Positions 40,650 to 51,461 of a stretch of DNA of 64,000 nt are shown here, in pieces. The stretch spans positions 928 through 64,927 of the forward strand of contig CASESH010000002.1 in NCBI GenBank assembly GCA_949290565.1. The letters are read 5' to 3'. The position numbers were made by a program, and so were the translations under genes. The notes beneath the pieces were generated by a model. It was not told the origin of the DNA, ran no database searches, and saw only the letters and a list, made by a program, of their open reading frames with translations. Each line of letters starts with the position of its first letter. Positions within the stretch are counted from its first letter, which is position 1. This DNA comes from an uncultured Christensenella sp. (GTDB taxonomy: Bacteria > Bacillota > Clostridia > Christensenellales > UBA1242).

Positions 40650-42320
40650 ATGAAAAAAGGATATAAGTTATTTCTCACTTATTTTTTTACACTTATATTA
40701 ATTCTTGTTGCAATAGTTATAATTTCACTTTGCATACTTTATTTTTTTCCCGGAACAAATATATTAGGTTATAAATATATTGTTTATTCAGACACTTTAA
40801 GTGAAGAAATAGGAGTCAATCAATTAAATTTCAACAATGCAAAATCTTTTAAAGTAGAGGCAGATAATGGTAATGTAGTTGTCCGACCAAACAGTCAGTC
40901 GTCATCTACGATTGAAATTAACTATAAAAGAAGTCTTTCCGGAGTTTGCAAAGAAGTCGACTCAAAGGTCGAATTTTCATATGATTTTTACTATATTGAA
41001 TATCAAAAAGGTGATTTATCAGATACTTTGATATTGAATGTACAAGAACCAACCGGTCCTTTTATTAATTCAAGTTCTATTATAGAAGTTTTATTGCCAC
41101 CTTCATTTTATTTTAACAACATACATATTGAATGTAACAATGGAAAAATCACATTTTACGAAAAAACAAATGTGGAAGAAGTAGATTATTTTTTAACCTG
41201 TAAAAATCTTATTTTAAATTCTGGAAATAATGGTCAAATATTTTTAGAAAACTTTCAATCTACTGAGGAAAATTTTCATATTACGAACTACTTAATTCAA
41301 ACTGAAAATGGAACGGCAACTATTTCTAATTCAACTTCATTGTACGCTTATAATTTTGTTTTTAATAGCAAAAGGGGAAGTTTAAATTTTACAAATTCTT
41401 CAAAGGATGCGACTTTATATGTAAATAATTTTTCAGTTGATGAATCTTTATCAAATTCGCCAACAATTAATATTAATAAATTGATTGGCAATCTAGATAT
41501 TTCAGCATACGGAGGGAGTTATAACTTTTCTTCTCTTGGAAGTGAGGGTAGTGATAACACATTTACTTTTAATGTAAAAAATGCAAATGTTAATGTAGGA
41601 ACTTCTTTCGGTAGTTTTTCTTTGCTTGGAAGTGGCAATGATATTTCAAATAAAATTTATATCGACTCTCTTTCTACAATAGCGATAGATAACAACAATT
41701 TTAAGATTGGTTCTGGTGTTTTAAACATTAATGATATTGATGCAAATGTTTATGCTTCTTCAACTTCTGGCAGTATTTCATTAAAGCAAATTGACCCTGA
41801 CCATAATGTTTATGTTGCTTCTGACTCAGGTAGTATAAATGTCGATTATAAATCTTCGGTTGTTGCTTACAACACAACTGAAATTATAGTTATTACTAAC
41901 ACGGGGAATGTAAATTTAAGTAATTTAAGTGGAAAATTGAAATTAGATATTTTAAAGAATAATTCAAATGCTTTACTTAATATATCTTTCAATGCAATTA
42001 CTAATTATAACACAGATAATTCTATAATAAATGCAAAAAATAGAAAAGTTAGTATAACATTAAAGGGAATTAATAGAGACCTTGCTTTTAGATTGCTAAC
42101 AACCTGCCTTGTTTCTTCTAGTGCAGGCGTTACGGAATTGGCTGAAAAGAATGATAGCGATTATTTACTTAGTGATGGTTCGTATGTAGATTATATTTAT
42201 CAATATAGAGTTAGATATTCTAAAAATGATAATGGTTATATTGACCCTACATTATATGGCTCTCGTTTGCTACTTATTAATTGTTCAAATGCGATAGATG
42301 TGCAATCTCTATATGAGTAA
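40650..42320 (+). CDS. membrane-anchored beta-repeat (DUF4097-like) protein
   Basis: N-terminal TM; repeated S/T-x-S/N-G-x-I motifs. Confidence 0.6.
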   Translation: MKKGYKLFLTYFFTLILILVAIVIISLCILYFFPGTNILGYKYIVYSDTLSEEIGVNQLNFNNAKSFKVEADNGNVVVRPNSQSSSTIEINYKRSLSGVCKEVDSKVEFSYDFYYIEYQKGDLSDTLILNVQEPTGPFINSSSIIEVLLPPSFYFNNIHIECNNGKITFYEKTNVEEVDYFLTCKNLILNSGNNGQIFLENFQSTEENFHITNYLIQTENGTATISNSTSLYAYNFVFNSKRGSLNFTNSSKDATLYVNNFSVDESLSNSPTININKLIGNLDISAYGGSYNFSSLGSEGSDNTFTFNVKNANVNVGTSFGSFSLLGSGNDISNKIYIDSLSTIAIDNNNFKIGSGVLNINDIDANVYASSTSGSISLKQIDPDHNVYVASDSGSINVDYKSSVVAYNTTEIIVITNTGNVNLSNLSGKLKLDILKNNSNALLNISFNAITNYNTDNSIINAKNRKVSITLKGINRDLAFRLLTTCLVSSSAGVTELAEKNDSDYLLSDGSYVDYIYQYRVRYSKNDNGYIDPTLYGSRLLLINCSNAIDVQSLYE

Positions 42321-42368
42321 AAAATAAGAAAACTTTACTTGCTTTGTAAAGTTTTTTTAATTTTTCTT

Positions 42369-42434
42369 ATAAAAAATAGATAAAAAAATAGATAAAAAAA
42401 TAGATAAAAAAATAGATAAAAAAATAAATAAAAA
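42369..42434. repeat. 12-bp tandem repeat (TAGATAAAAAAA) x4 plus degenerate copies
   Basis: Directly visible in the sequence. Confidence 0.85.
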
Positions 42435-42865
42435 GTATATAAATAATAAGAAAAAAATAAAATGATACAATAATAGAGAATAGTATAAAACGTTAAGATT
42501 AATAAAAAAAATTAAATAAATTATAGATAAAATAATTAAATAAAATCCTTACATTTTTTTGTTTAACTTATACTTTAACAGTTATAATATAATTCTTTTT
42601 AAATTTCAAATGGTTATTATAAAAATACTTTTTTTTTGAAAATAACAAGTAAAAAGATTATAAAATAAGAATGTTTTAAAAATCATTTTATATTTACTAT
42701 TTTAACTTTTCTTATAATTTATTTTTAAAATCTAAGGTAATAAAAAATTTTAATTTTATTAACTAAAATTTATTATTTCTAAACAAATTTATAAATTAAA
42801 ATCATATTTTATTTAATAATCAAATTTATTGTGATATAATATTTGTTATTCTAAGGTGGTATTAA

Positions 42866-45496
42866 ATGTTAAAGTTAGTTAATATTAGTAAAACTTATGT
42901 TAGTGGTGAAGTTAAAACGCAGGCTTTAAAAGAAATTAATTTACAATTTAGAAAGAATGAATTTGTTTCTATTTTGGGACCTTCCGGCTGTGGAAAAACT
43001 ACAATGCTTAATATTATTGGAGGGTTAGATAAATATACTTTTGGAGATTTAATAATTAATGGCGTTTCAACTAAGGAATATAAGGATAAAGATTGGGATA
43101 AGTATAGAAATCATTCCATAGGATTTGTTTTTCAAAGTTACAACTTAATTCCACATCAAACGGTACTTGAAAATGTTCAACTCGCTCTTACACTTTCTGG
43201 GATTTCAAAAGAGGAAAGTAAAAAAAGAGCGATAAAGGTCTTAACTCGTGTTGGGTTAAAAGATAAATTAAATAATAAACCTAGTCAATTATCTGGTGGC
43301 CAAATGCAAAGAGTGGCCATAGCACGTGCGCTTGTTAATGACCCTGAAATTATTTTAGCAGATGAACCTACCGGTGCTCTTGATAGTAAAAGTAGTGTCC
43401 AAATAATGAACTTGTTAAAAGAGATTTCAAAAGACAAATTAATTATTATGGTTACTCATAACGCTGATATTGCAAATGAGTATTCTTCAAGAATAGTTAA
43501 TCTTTTAGACGGTGAGGTCATTAGCGACACAAATCCTTATATTCAAGAAGAAGATATAAAGGAAGATAAGTTGCTGAGTGTTAGTAATGATGAAGATTTA
43601 ACAAAATCTCAACTGCGAAAGAAAAACAAAAAGAAAAGAATGTCTTTTTTTACTGCCTTATCACTTAGTTTTAAAAATCTTCTTACAAAAAAGGGAAGAA
43701 CAATTCTAGTAACTTTTGCAGGATCAATTGGAATAATAGGAATTGCTTTAATTCTTGCCATTTCAAGTGGATTCTCAACTTATGTAGATAGAACCCAACA
43801 GGATACGCTTTCAACTTATCCTATTACAATTCAAACTGATTCTTATAACCTTGCGGGTTTAATGCAAATTTTTATGTCTGACAATGATGATGGTGGAATT
43901 GTTTTAGAAGATGGAAAAGTTCATACAAAGAATGAACTCACAGAAATGCTTTCAAAATTCAATTCTTCAACAAGTCAAAACAACTTAAACACATTAAAAT
44001 CTTATTTAGATACGCCACAAGTAAATGAAAGATTATTAAAATACGCCTCGGCAATTCAGTATGATTATAATCTTGATATTAACGCATATTTAAAAAATGA
44101 AAAAAACGGTTTAGTGCCTGTAAATAGTACAGAGATTTTTAATGATGTTATAAAAAACTATGCTATGGAAAATCCGGGAATAGAACAAAACAAAAAATTT
44201 AAATTACTTGCGGGTATGTTTAGCGAGAATGCAACTTTTTCAGTTTTTTCAAGTACTTTTTGGTCTGAAATGCTAGATAATCAAAAAATGCTTGAAGAAC
44301 AATACGAGTTGGTTGGAGAAGGTAGTCATTTTGCTACTGAATATAATGAAATTATGATTGTTGTTGATGAAAACTACAAAATTTCAGATTATACGCTCTT
44401 TGCACTAGGGTTGCTCGAACAATCTAAACTTGAAAGTTTACTTGATAATTATATTAAAGGTGAAGATTCTAATGCTGAGGAAACAACTTTTAGTTATGAA
44501 GAATTATTAAATACTGAATATAAAATTATTACTAAATCTTCTTACTTTGTTAAAAATGAAAGTACAAACTTGTATGAAAATATTAACGATTTTAAACAAA
44601 CTAATCCAGAAAGATATGAAAGTGAATTAAATAAAATTTATGAAGATGATTCAAAAACTATAACTTTAAAAGTTGCCGGTATTTTAAGAGAAAAACCTAA
44701 CACTAGTGCTCATAGTATAACTACAAATATAAGTTATACTTCTAAGTTAACTGAATATATTATAGACTTTTGTTTACAAAGTGAAGTTATTAAGGCTCAG
44801 ATGGCAAGTCCAGAAACTAGTGTAATTACAGGACAAAATTTTGCAGATAGTAGTCAAACTTCACAAGAAAAAGTTACTTACAATAGTACACTTTCTCAAC
44901 TTGGTTATATTGATATAGATACACCATATTCTATTAAAATTTACCCAAAAGACTTTCAGTCAAAAACTGAAATTAACATTATAATTGAAGAATACAACAA
45001 TAAAATGATAAGCGAAAACAAGCAGGAAAATATTATTACTTACTCTGACACAATTGGAACTATGATGAGTACTATATCTACCATAATTTCAGCAATAACA
45101 TATGTTTTAATTGCCTTTGTTGGGGTTTCACTTGTAGTTAGTTCAATTATGATAGGAATTATTACTTACATATCAGTTCTTGAAAGAACAAAAGAAATTG
45201 GTATTTTAAGAAGTGTTGGTGCTTCTAAAAGAGATGTTAGCAGAGTCTTTACAGCCGAGAGTTTTATAATTGGCTTGTCTAGTGGACTGTTTGGTATTCT
45301 TGTTTCAGTAATTTTTATCATTCCTATAAATATTATTTTAAAATCTTTTACTGACATTGCTGGGCTTGCAAGTTTGCCTATTATTGGTGGAATAGTGCTT
45401 GTTTTAATTTCAATTATTCTAACTTTAATTGCCGGATTTATTCCATCTAAGTTAGCAGCGAAAAAAGACCCTGTTGTAGCACTTAGGGAAATGTAA
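42866..45496 (+). CDS. MacB-like ABC transporter, fused ATPase and FtsX permease
   Basis: [21 protein letters not shown] and [14 protein letters not shown]. Confidence 0.94.
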   Translation: MLKLVNISKTYVSGEVKTQALKEINLQFRKNEFVSILGPSGCGKTTMLNIIGGLDKYTFGDLIINGVSTKEYKDKDWDKYRNHSIGFVFQSYNLIPHQTVLENVQLALTLSGISKEESKKRAIKVLTRVGLKDKLNNKPSQLSGGQMQRVAIARALVNDPEIILADEPTGALDSKSSVQIMNLLKEISKDKLIIMVTHNADIANEYSSRIVNLLDGEVISDTNPYIQEEDIKEDKLLSVSNDEDLTKSQLRKKNKKKRMSFFTALSLSFKNLLTKKGRTILVTFAGSIGIIGIALILAISSGFSTYVDRTQQDTLSTYPITIQTDSYNLAGLMQIFMSDNDDGGIVLEDGKVHTKNELTEMLSKFNSSTSQNNLNTLKSYLDTPQVNERLLKYASAIQYDYNLDINAYLKNEKNGLVPVNSTEIFNDVIKNYAMENPGIEQNKKFKLLAGMFSENATFSVFSSTFWSEMLDNQKMLEEQYELVGEGSHFATEYNEIMIVVDENYKISDYTLFALGLLEQSKLESLLDNYIKGEDSNAEETTFSYEELLNTEYKIITKSSYFVKNESTNLYENINDFKQTNPERYESELNKIYEDDSKTITLKVAGILREKPNTSAHSITTNISYTSKLTEYIIDFCLQSEVIKAQMASPETSVITGQNFADSSQTSQEKVTYNSTLSQLGYIDIDTPYSIKIYPKDFQSKTEINIIIEEYNNKMISENKQENIITYSDTIGTMMSTISTIISAITYVLIAFVGVSLVVSSIMIGIITYISVLERTKEIGILRSVGASKRDVSRVFTAESFIIGLSSGLFGILVSVIFIIPINIILKSFTDIAGLASLPIIGGIVLVLISIILTLIAGFIPSKLAAKKDPVVALREM

Positions 45497-45506
45497 ATTC
45501 TAAGGC

Positions 45507-47009
45507 TTATGTAATGCTTAAATTTTCACTTTTTGTCTTTTTTGTAAATTTATTTTCTAATGTGATTAGTCTATCATAGTTTTGTTTTATATTTTCCAAA
45601 CAAAGATTACTACTTTGTTTAAAATCTAAATATTGCTTTTTTTCGCCATTTGAAATAAAAAATAAAGAATTATTTTTGTCAAATCCGACAACTAAAATTT
45701 CTTTATTTTTTTTATTATCAAGCACTGTTATTTGCCATAAATCATTTTTAATTTTAGTTGTTGATATTAAACATTCATTAGAGAGTCTTTGTTGCATTTG
45801 TTGAACATAATTTGATAAACTAAGTTCCAAATTGATTGGCCTATTATCTTTATAACTAAACATAATTTGACCATTTTGTTTTTGTTTAAATGTGAAATTA
45901 TTACTAAAAGATTGAGATAAAAAAGCATTTGATTTATAAAGTAAAATTCCTGAAATAACATTTTTTATTAATTTAGTAAATTCTATGGAGTCTTCGCTAT
46001 CATTTTCAAAATGATTGTTAGAATATGAAGAAATCATTTGGTTTACTAAATTAGAATAATCATAATAATTTGTATCTAATTTATTTCTTCTTTCGTTTTG
46101 TGAAAACTGTAAAAACGCAGAAGATATTTTTATTATTTGCTCCAAAGAAAAATATTCAGGATTTTGACAAACTTTTTGACATGTAATATTACATATAAAA
46201 TCTATTATTTTTTTATAATTAAGATTTTGTAAGTAATCAATTCTATAATTTAAATCAAACTCTTTTTGAAAATTACTACAAAGTTTATAAAGATTTTTTA
46301 AGTTATCTTCTCCAAAAAAATTACAATGATTTGTTAATTCTCCTTGTAAAAACTCAACATTATTTATATTTCCGCCATTGATTTCATTTAAAAAATTAAT
46401 TATTGTTGTTTGAGGTTTATATACATTAAAATCCTCATTATTGTCTTTGACTTTTTGTGCAATAAGTTCGGTGTAACCTTCATCAAAAAAGGAACTGTCT
46501 ATTAAATAGTAAGTCTTTGCATCTTCAATTTCACCTGTAACTAAATTTATTTTTTTACATTCCTTTTTTCTTTCTTGTCCCTGCTGTTTTTTTATTTCTA
46601 ATTTTTGTCCATTTTGTAATATTTGTAAATAATCCATGCTTCTTTTTAAACAATGCAACATTTCGTGAGTAATTACTTTTTCTAAAAGTTTGCTATCTTT
46701 TAGTAAGAAACTTTTTATTAAAATAAAATTAATATCATTAACATTTGTGTAACAAGCGTTATAGTGTTCATTCATTTTCTTTAATGTATTGTCATTTATT
46801 AGCAATACAAATTTATTATCTAATAAGTTTTTAATAACCTTATAATAATTTATTTGTTGGTAAACCTCCATTTTACAAAAAAGGTCATCTAAGTTATTAA
46901 TTACATTTTTCAAAGCGTTTTGTAATATTTCTTTTTGTTCGTCATCGCAAATGAAGTGTACTAAATTTAATTTTGAGTTTAAAATTTGTAGAGGTGATTC
47001 CATAATCAT
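45507..47009 (-). CDS. hypothetical protein with HExxH zincin-like motif
   Basis: ITHEMLH followed by FFDEGYTE; AGGAG RBS. Confidence 0.65.
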   Translation of the reverse strand: MIMESPLQILNSKLNLVHFICDDEQKEILQNALKNVINNLDDLFCKMEVYQQINYYKVIKNLLDNKFVLLINDNTLKKMNEHYNACYTNVNDINFILIKSFLLKDSKLLEKVITHEMLHCLKRSMDYLQILQNGQKLEIKKQQGQERKKECKKINLVTGEIEDAKTYYLIDSSFFDEGYTELIAQKVKDNNEDFNVYKPQTTIINFLNEINGGNINNVEFLQGELTNHCNFFGEDNLKNLYKLCSNFQKEFDLNYRIDYLQNLNYKKIIDFICNITCQKVCQNPEYFSLEQIIKISSAFLQFSQNERRNKLDTNYYDYSNLVNQMISSYSNNHFENDSEDSIEFTKLIKNVISGILLYKSNAFLSQSFSNNFTFKQKQNGQIMFSYKDNRPINLELSLSNYVQQMQQRLSNECLISTTKIKNDLWQITVLDNKKNKEILVVGFDKNNSLFFISNGEKKQYLDFKQSSNLCLENIKQNYDRLITLENKFTKKTKSENLSIT

Positions 47010-47182
47010 TCTCCTAAATTAAGTTCTATTAAACATAGTTTGATTATAGTTGCAAAAATTAATAGAAAGTTTTTTGTTTAATATAATATAAAATAATATC
47101 TTGTTTAAGTCAATCCCTTAAAAATTTATTTTTAGTTGACTTTTAATTTGTATGCAAATAAAATATTTTTGAGGGAAATGAT

Positions 47183-48358
47183 ATGAAAGTGACTATTTTA
47201 GCAAAAACAAGAACTATTCAACCAAAAGAAAATTTAAAAGATGAATTTGATAATTTTAGTGGTAAAGCCGCAGGTATTTGTTATATGCCAAACGACATCT
47301 CAACTCTTTTTAGTGAGGAACAAAATAAAACTGACGCTCGTATTAGACAAACTAAAAGTGGACGACATTTAAGCGTTTATGACCACGCAGTAGTAAGTCT
47401 TTATTTTGAAGATATTCCAAAAATTCTTGCCATGATTATTAACAATGAAAAAATGTATAATACTAGCGAAAAGTCTGCTAGATATACTAAAATGAATTTA
47501 AATGAAAAAGAGCAGGCTATTTATAATAAATGGATTGAAATCTTTAAGCAAAAAATCAGTCAAAAATATCAAAATCTTTATCCTGATTTCTTTACTAAGT
47601 CTAAAATTCAAAAACTTGCTCAGGAAAATGCAAGATATTTAATTTCAGTTTTTACGCCTACTTGTATGTTATACACAGTGCCTTATGGGCAACTTAACAA
47701 AATTTATCATTTTTTAGTTCACGAGTTCGAATATAAAACAGACAGTAAACTAAGAAATGCTTTAAAACCTTACATAAAGGAATTTTGTCAAAAAGTAAAA
47801 GATGCAACCGGTTTAATTGATGATGAACTTAACGCTGATGAAAAAAATAGGGTTTTAAGTTTGTTTGATTTTAAAGAAGTTCAAAAAGAGTATGGAAGTT
47901 GTTACGCTACAACTTATAAGGCAAGTTTTGCACAACTTGCTCAGGCACAAAGACATAGAACTTTGTGGTATTCAATGAAGACTTTGGATAACAATGAATT
48001 TTATGTTCCTAAAATCATAAGAGATGACAATGCTTTAAAGGAAGAATGGTTGTTAGATTGCAAAAAACAGGAAAGTATTTTTCCTCAGGGAATGTTGGTT
48101 CAGGTAAATGAACTTGGTACATTAGATAATTTTATTTTAAAAATGAAGGAAAGAAAGTGTACTTTTGCTCAACTTGAAATAAATAATACTACTGATGACA
48201 TTTTGACTGAGTATGTGCAAGAATTAGGTAGAAAAAATCACCCTCAGGCTGAAATTTTAAAAAAATACACACTAGGTTCTAGATGCACTTTTGAGGACTA
48301 TAAATGTATTTCTTCTTGTGGTTTTAAAGAGGGTGTAATTGGAAATAGAGAAATTTAA
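47183..48358 (+). CDS. thyX: divergent FAD-dependent thymidylate synthase (double-domain ThyX-like)
   Basis: GRHLSVYDH, SEKSARY, QENARY and AQAQRHRT. Confidence 0.72.
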   Translation: MKVTILAKTRTIQPKENLKDEFDNFSGKAAGICYMPNDISTLFSEEQNKTDARIRQTKSGRHLSVYDHAVVSLYFEDIPKILAMIINNEKMYNTSEKSARYTKMNLNEKEQAIYNKWIEIFKQKISQKYQNLYPDFFTKSKIQKLAQENARYLISVFTPTCMLYTVPYGQLNKIYHFLVHEFEYKTDSKLRNALKPYIKEFCQKVKDATGLIDDELNADEKNRVLSLFDFKEVQKEYGSCYATTYKASFAQLAQAQRHRTLWYSMKTLDNNEFYVPKIIRDDNALKEEWLLDCKKQESIFPQGMLVQVNELGTLDNFILKMKERKCTFAQLEINNTTDDILTEYVQELGRKNHPQAEILKKYTLGSRCTFEDYKCISSCGFKEGVIGNREI

Positions 48359-48450
48359 TTTTTTATAGAAAATGTTTAAAGCACAAAATTTGATTGTGCT
48401 TTTTTCTTGAAAAAATATTTTAATTTTGTTATCTTTATTATGAGGTAGTT

Positions 48451-49053
48451 ATGAAGAAAATTACACAAATTGTTGCAGAAAATTTAGTTAGTTTGAGAAA
48501 AATTAATAATATGACACAAGGAGAATTGGCAAGTAAACTACAATATTCTGACAATACTATTTCAAGATGGGAAATTGGAGAGGCTTCTCCATCAATAGAA
48601 GTATTGGAGAAGATTGCTCAAATTTATAATGTACCAATAGATTTTTTATTTAAGGAACATATTAAAAAAGACATTGAAAAAGATGAAAGACTTCAAAAAA
48701 TTAATAAGTTGAGTTCTATGTTGCTTATGGTTTCTGTTGTTTGGTTTGTTGCTACTATCGTTTACACATATATTCAAACTTTTTTCAATAAAAACTATTG
48801 GACTATCTTTTTGTGGGCAGTACCTATATCTTGTTTAGTATTTTTACTGTTTAATGAATTTTGGGGAAAGTACATGTATAAGTTTATTATTTTGTCAGTT
48901 TTTACTTGGAGTTTACTTTTGTGTTTATTCTTTCAATTTTTTGAATATCGTTTATGGCTAATTTTTTTAGCAGGAATTCCAACTCAGTTTGGCATTATTG
49001 TTTGGTCTTTTGTAAAACCTAAGGAATATAAAAATAAAGATTCTTTTAAATAA
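48451..49053 (+). CDS. XRE-family HTH regulator with four TM helices (paralog of 21791..22375)
   Basis: LRKINNMTQGELASKLQYSDNTISRWE plus TM segments. Confidence 0.88.
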   Translation: MKKITQIVAENLVSLRKINNMTQGELASKLQYSDNTISRWEIGEASPSIEVLEKIAQIYNVPIDFLFKEHIKKDIEKDERLQKINKLSSMLLMVSVVWFVATIVYTYIQTFFNKNYWTIFLWAVPISCLVFLLFNEFWGKYMYKFIILSVFTWSLLLCLFFQFFEYRLWLIFLAGIPTQFGIIVWSFVKPKEYKNKDSFK

Positions 49054-49365
49054 CTTACTTAAAAATTTTTTAAATTTATTAATTATTTTTTATCTAATGT
49101 AAAAAAGTGTTTTTTAAAAAAATAATAGTAAAATTAAATAGTTTTCAGGACTTGTATAGTTTTTAGTTATATAAAAGTTTTTTAGATAGTTAAGTATTTA
49201 TTTTTTTAGTGATTATATGAAATAAATTTTACTTTTTCAATTTTGTAATTTAATTATCTATTTTTTTAATAATAAGTTAGTATAATATTCTATTCTTCTT
49301 ATTAGTTTAATAATTTTTATATTAAAAATATTAGTAATAAAAAAACATTTTTTAACTAAAAAGAG

Positions 49366-49393
49366 TTGACAAAGAAAATCAAAATAGTAAAAT
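49366..49393 (+). promoter_or_regulatory. sigma-A promoter driving the riboswitch leader
   Basis: TTGACA-N16-TAAAAT. Confidence 0.65.
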
Positions 49394-49400
49394 TAAAGCA

Positions 49401-49522
49401 CCATAGAGAGTATGCGAGGGACAAGCCCGTTGACCATACACCAACCTACAAATTTTGCAAGGTGGTAATACTTGTTTGATGGGATTATAGTTCATTAAAG
49501 CCCATCTATGATGGGCTTTTTT
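49401..49522 (+). promoter_or_regulatory. SAM-I (S-box)-like riboswitch variant with terminator
   Basis: CCAUA-GAGA-GUAUG-CGA-GGG-ACAAG-CCC-GUUGAC-CAUAC-A-CCAACC...AGGUGG-UAAUA-CUUG-UUU-GAUGG, then terminator AAAGCCCAUC/GAUGGGCUUU-UUU. Confidence 0.85.
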
Positions 49523-49559
49523 CTTACTTCTTATGGTAAAACATAAAAGGAGAATAAAT

Positions 49560-49811
49560 ATGAAAATTAAAAAAATAATTGAACAAGAAAAAGAGGCTAT
49601 CATTTGTTTAAATACAAACAATAGACAAGCATTTTTAAACTCGGCTATTAAAAATAATTTAAAGTGGCTAAATGGAGAGAAAGTAAAAAAAGATGATAAT
49701 TGTGCTTTTCATATCTATTTTGATGGTAGAGATAACATTTCAAATTTATCTACAATGTGTTTAAATTATTCAATTTATTTTAAAAATCTATTGCGTTTAA
49801 ATTATAGATAG
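49560..49811 (+). CDS. 83-aa hypothetical protein downstream of the riboswitch
   Basis: AAGGAG RBS, ATG at 49560, own terminator at about 49815-49837. Confidence 0.72.
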   Translation: MKIKKIIEQEKEAIICLNTNNRQAFLNSAIKNNLKWLNGEKVKKDDNCAFHIYFDGRDNISNLSTMCLNYSIYFKNLLRLNYR

Positions 49812-50104
49812 GAAGAAACTTATTAAATAAGTTTCTTCTATTTTATCTAAATATTTACTTAAAAAAAGAATTATATTATATCAATATATATTGAAAATTC
49901 TTTTTATCAAAATAATAATATTAAAGAAAAAATTATTAAAAATAGAATAAAAAATATAAAAAAAGAATTTAATTGTTTAAAACATTTATACTTGAAAAAT
50001 ATAATTTATAAGAATATTTTTGTTAAAGAAAAATAATATATAAGTGTATAATTGTAAAAAAAAATTAATACTTACTAAAAAATGAGTACAGTACAAGTTA
50101 TGCT

Positions 50105-50345
50105 CGTTCGTCAAACTTTGCCAGATTGATTTATAAGTATATGTTTGATAGATTTATAATCATTAGATGTTGCTGTATAATTTATTAGTATATTAGGAAA
50201 TATATTATTATCAAAAAGTTGCATTGAAATAGCATAAACGCAAGCATCTGTTTGCAAACCATAACATCAATCTCTTTGTTTTTTAATAATATGTATTTTA
50301 ATTTTTTTATATATTTATTTTCTAAACCATAACCAAAATTTTAAA
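50105..50345 (-). pseudogene. isochorismatase/cysteine-hydrolase family remnant
   Basis: Minus strand encodes ...NFGYGLEK* and CYGLQTDACVYAISMQLFDNNIFPNILINYTATS, broken by stops and frameshifts. Confidence 0.7.
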
Positions 50346-50634
50346 AGATGAAACTATTATTGAGAAATTGTTTCACAAAATTTTTTCGTCATCATTTGTC
50401 AAATTATTCCATTTTAATTTGTTAATATAAAAACTATTTTTTTTATTTATAAATTTAGTAAAAATATAGTAATCATAATTATTAGTTTTGATTAATTGAT
50501 TTATTTTGTCTGCTAAATCGAAATATTTCTTATTAATAAATCATTTTTACATATCAATAATTAATAAAAATTTACTCATTACCCCCAAAAATAATAAACT
50601 GATAAAAACAGTAATTGTTTTTATCAGTTATACT

Positions 50635-50722
50635 TGGCAGAGAGGACAGGATTCGAACCTGCGGTTGGTTGCCCAACACGCGCTTTCCAAGCGCGCACTT
50701 TAGACCACTCGGACACCTCTCT
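50635..50722 (-). tRNA. tRNA-Ser(GGA)
   Basis: 88 nt, CGCGC-TTGGAAA-GCGCG anticodon arm, long variable arm, G73 and CCA. Confidence 0.95.
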
Positions 50723-50927
50723 AAGTTTTTTTATTTTACTATATAGAATAAATTTTTGCAACACTTATTTTTAAATTTTTTACAAGAATAAAATTATAAT
50801 TCACTGATTTTATTTAGAAACAGTTTTCTAATTTTTTAGTTACAAATTCTTTATAAAAAAATTAAATAAAAAAATTATTAAAATTAAATTTACTAGTTGG
50901 TAAATTTTTTTATTTAAAATGAAATAT

Positions 50928-51437
50928 TTATATATAAAACTTTACAACTGAACCAAAATTTGTATTTACGTAATTAATCTTTTGAGTTTTAGGAATTTTA
51001 TTGATATATGTATTCAAGGCATAAAAAGTAGAGTTGTGTCCTACAATAATGACAGTGTTTAATTCTTTGCTTTTTTCAAAAATTTTTTCAAAACCTGAAA
51101 AACATCTATCAATAAAATTTCTACACGTTGTGAAGTTTGTGTTTTTATATGCGTAATTAAAATAATTTTCTTTAAAATCTTCTGCGTATAGTTTTTCTTG
51201 ATCTAATGTAAGTTGTTCTCTTTCATCAAATTCTTTCCAAATTAAAAGTGGAGCCTTAAATTTCTTATTTAAAATATTTGCCGTTTGTAGTGTGCTAGTT
51301 TGCGGGGAACAAAATATGCAATCGACTTTTTCTTGTTTAATATAACTAAGTGAATTTTTGATTTGTAGATAGCCAAGCATATTAAGTTTATTAGTTTTTA
51401 AGTTTGTTTTTCCGTGTCTAATAAAAATAATTTTCAT
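50928..51437 (-). CDS. histidine phosphatase family protein
   Basis: FIRHGKT, FCSP, FDER and IVGHN. Confidence 0.85.
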   Translation of the reverse strand: MKIIFIRHGKTNLKTNKLNMLGYLQIKNSLSYIKQEKVDCIFCSPQTSTLQTANILNKKFKAPLLIWKEFDEREQLTLDQEKLYAEDFKENYFNYAYKNTNFTTCRNFIDRCFSGFEKIFEKSKELNTVIIVGHNSTFYALNTYINKIPKTQKINYVNTNFGSVVKFYI

Positions 51438-51461
51438 AACAATGATTTTCCTCCTCCTTTA

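Noticed and set aside
42435-42865. Long AT-rich gap near dnaB as a replication origin
   Set aside because: No cluster of TTATCCACA DnaA boxes and no dnaA/dnaN; similar AT-rich gaps occur throughout the window.
49379-49621. 80-aa minus-strand ORF
   Set aside because: Antisense to the riboswitch and its ORF; better explained by the RNA element.
50506-50703. 65-aa plus-strand ORF
   Set aside because: Overlaps tRNA-Ser(GGA) and its terminator on the opposite strand.
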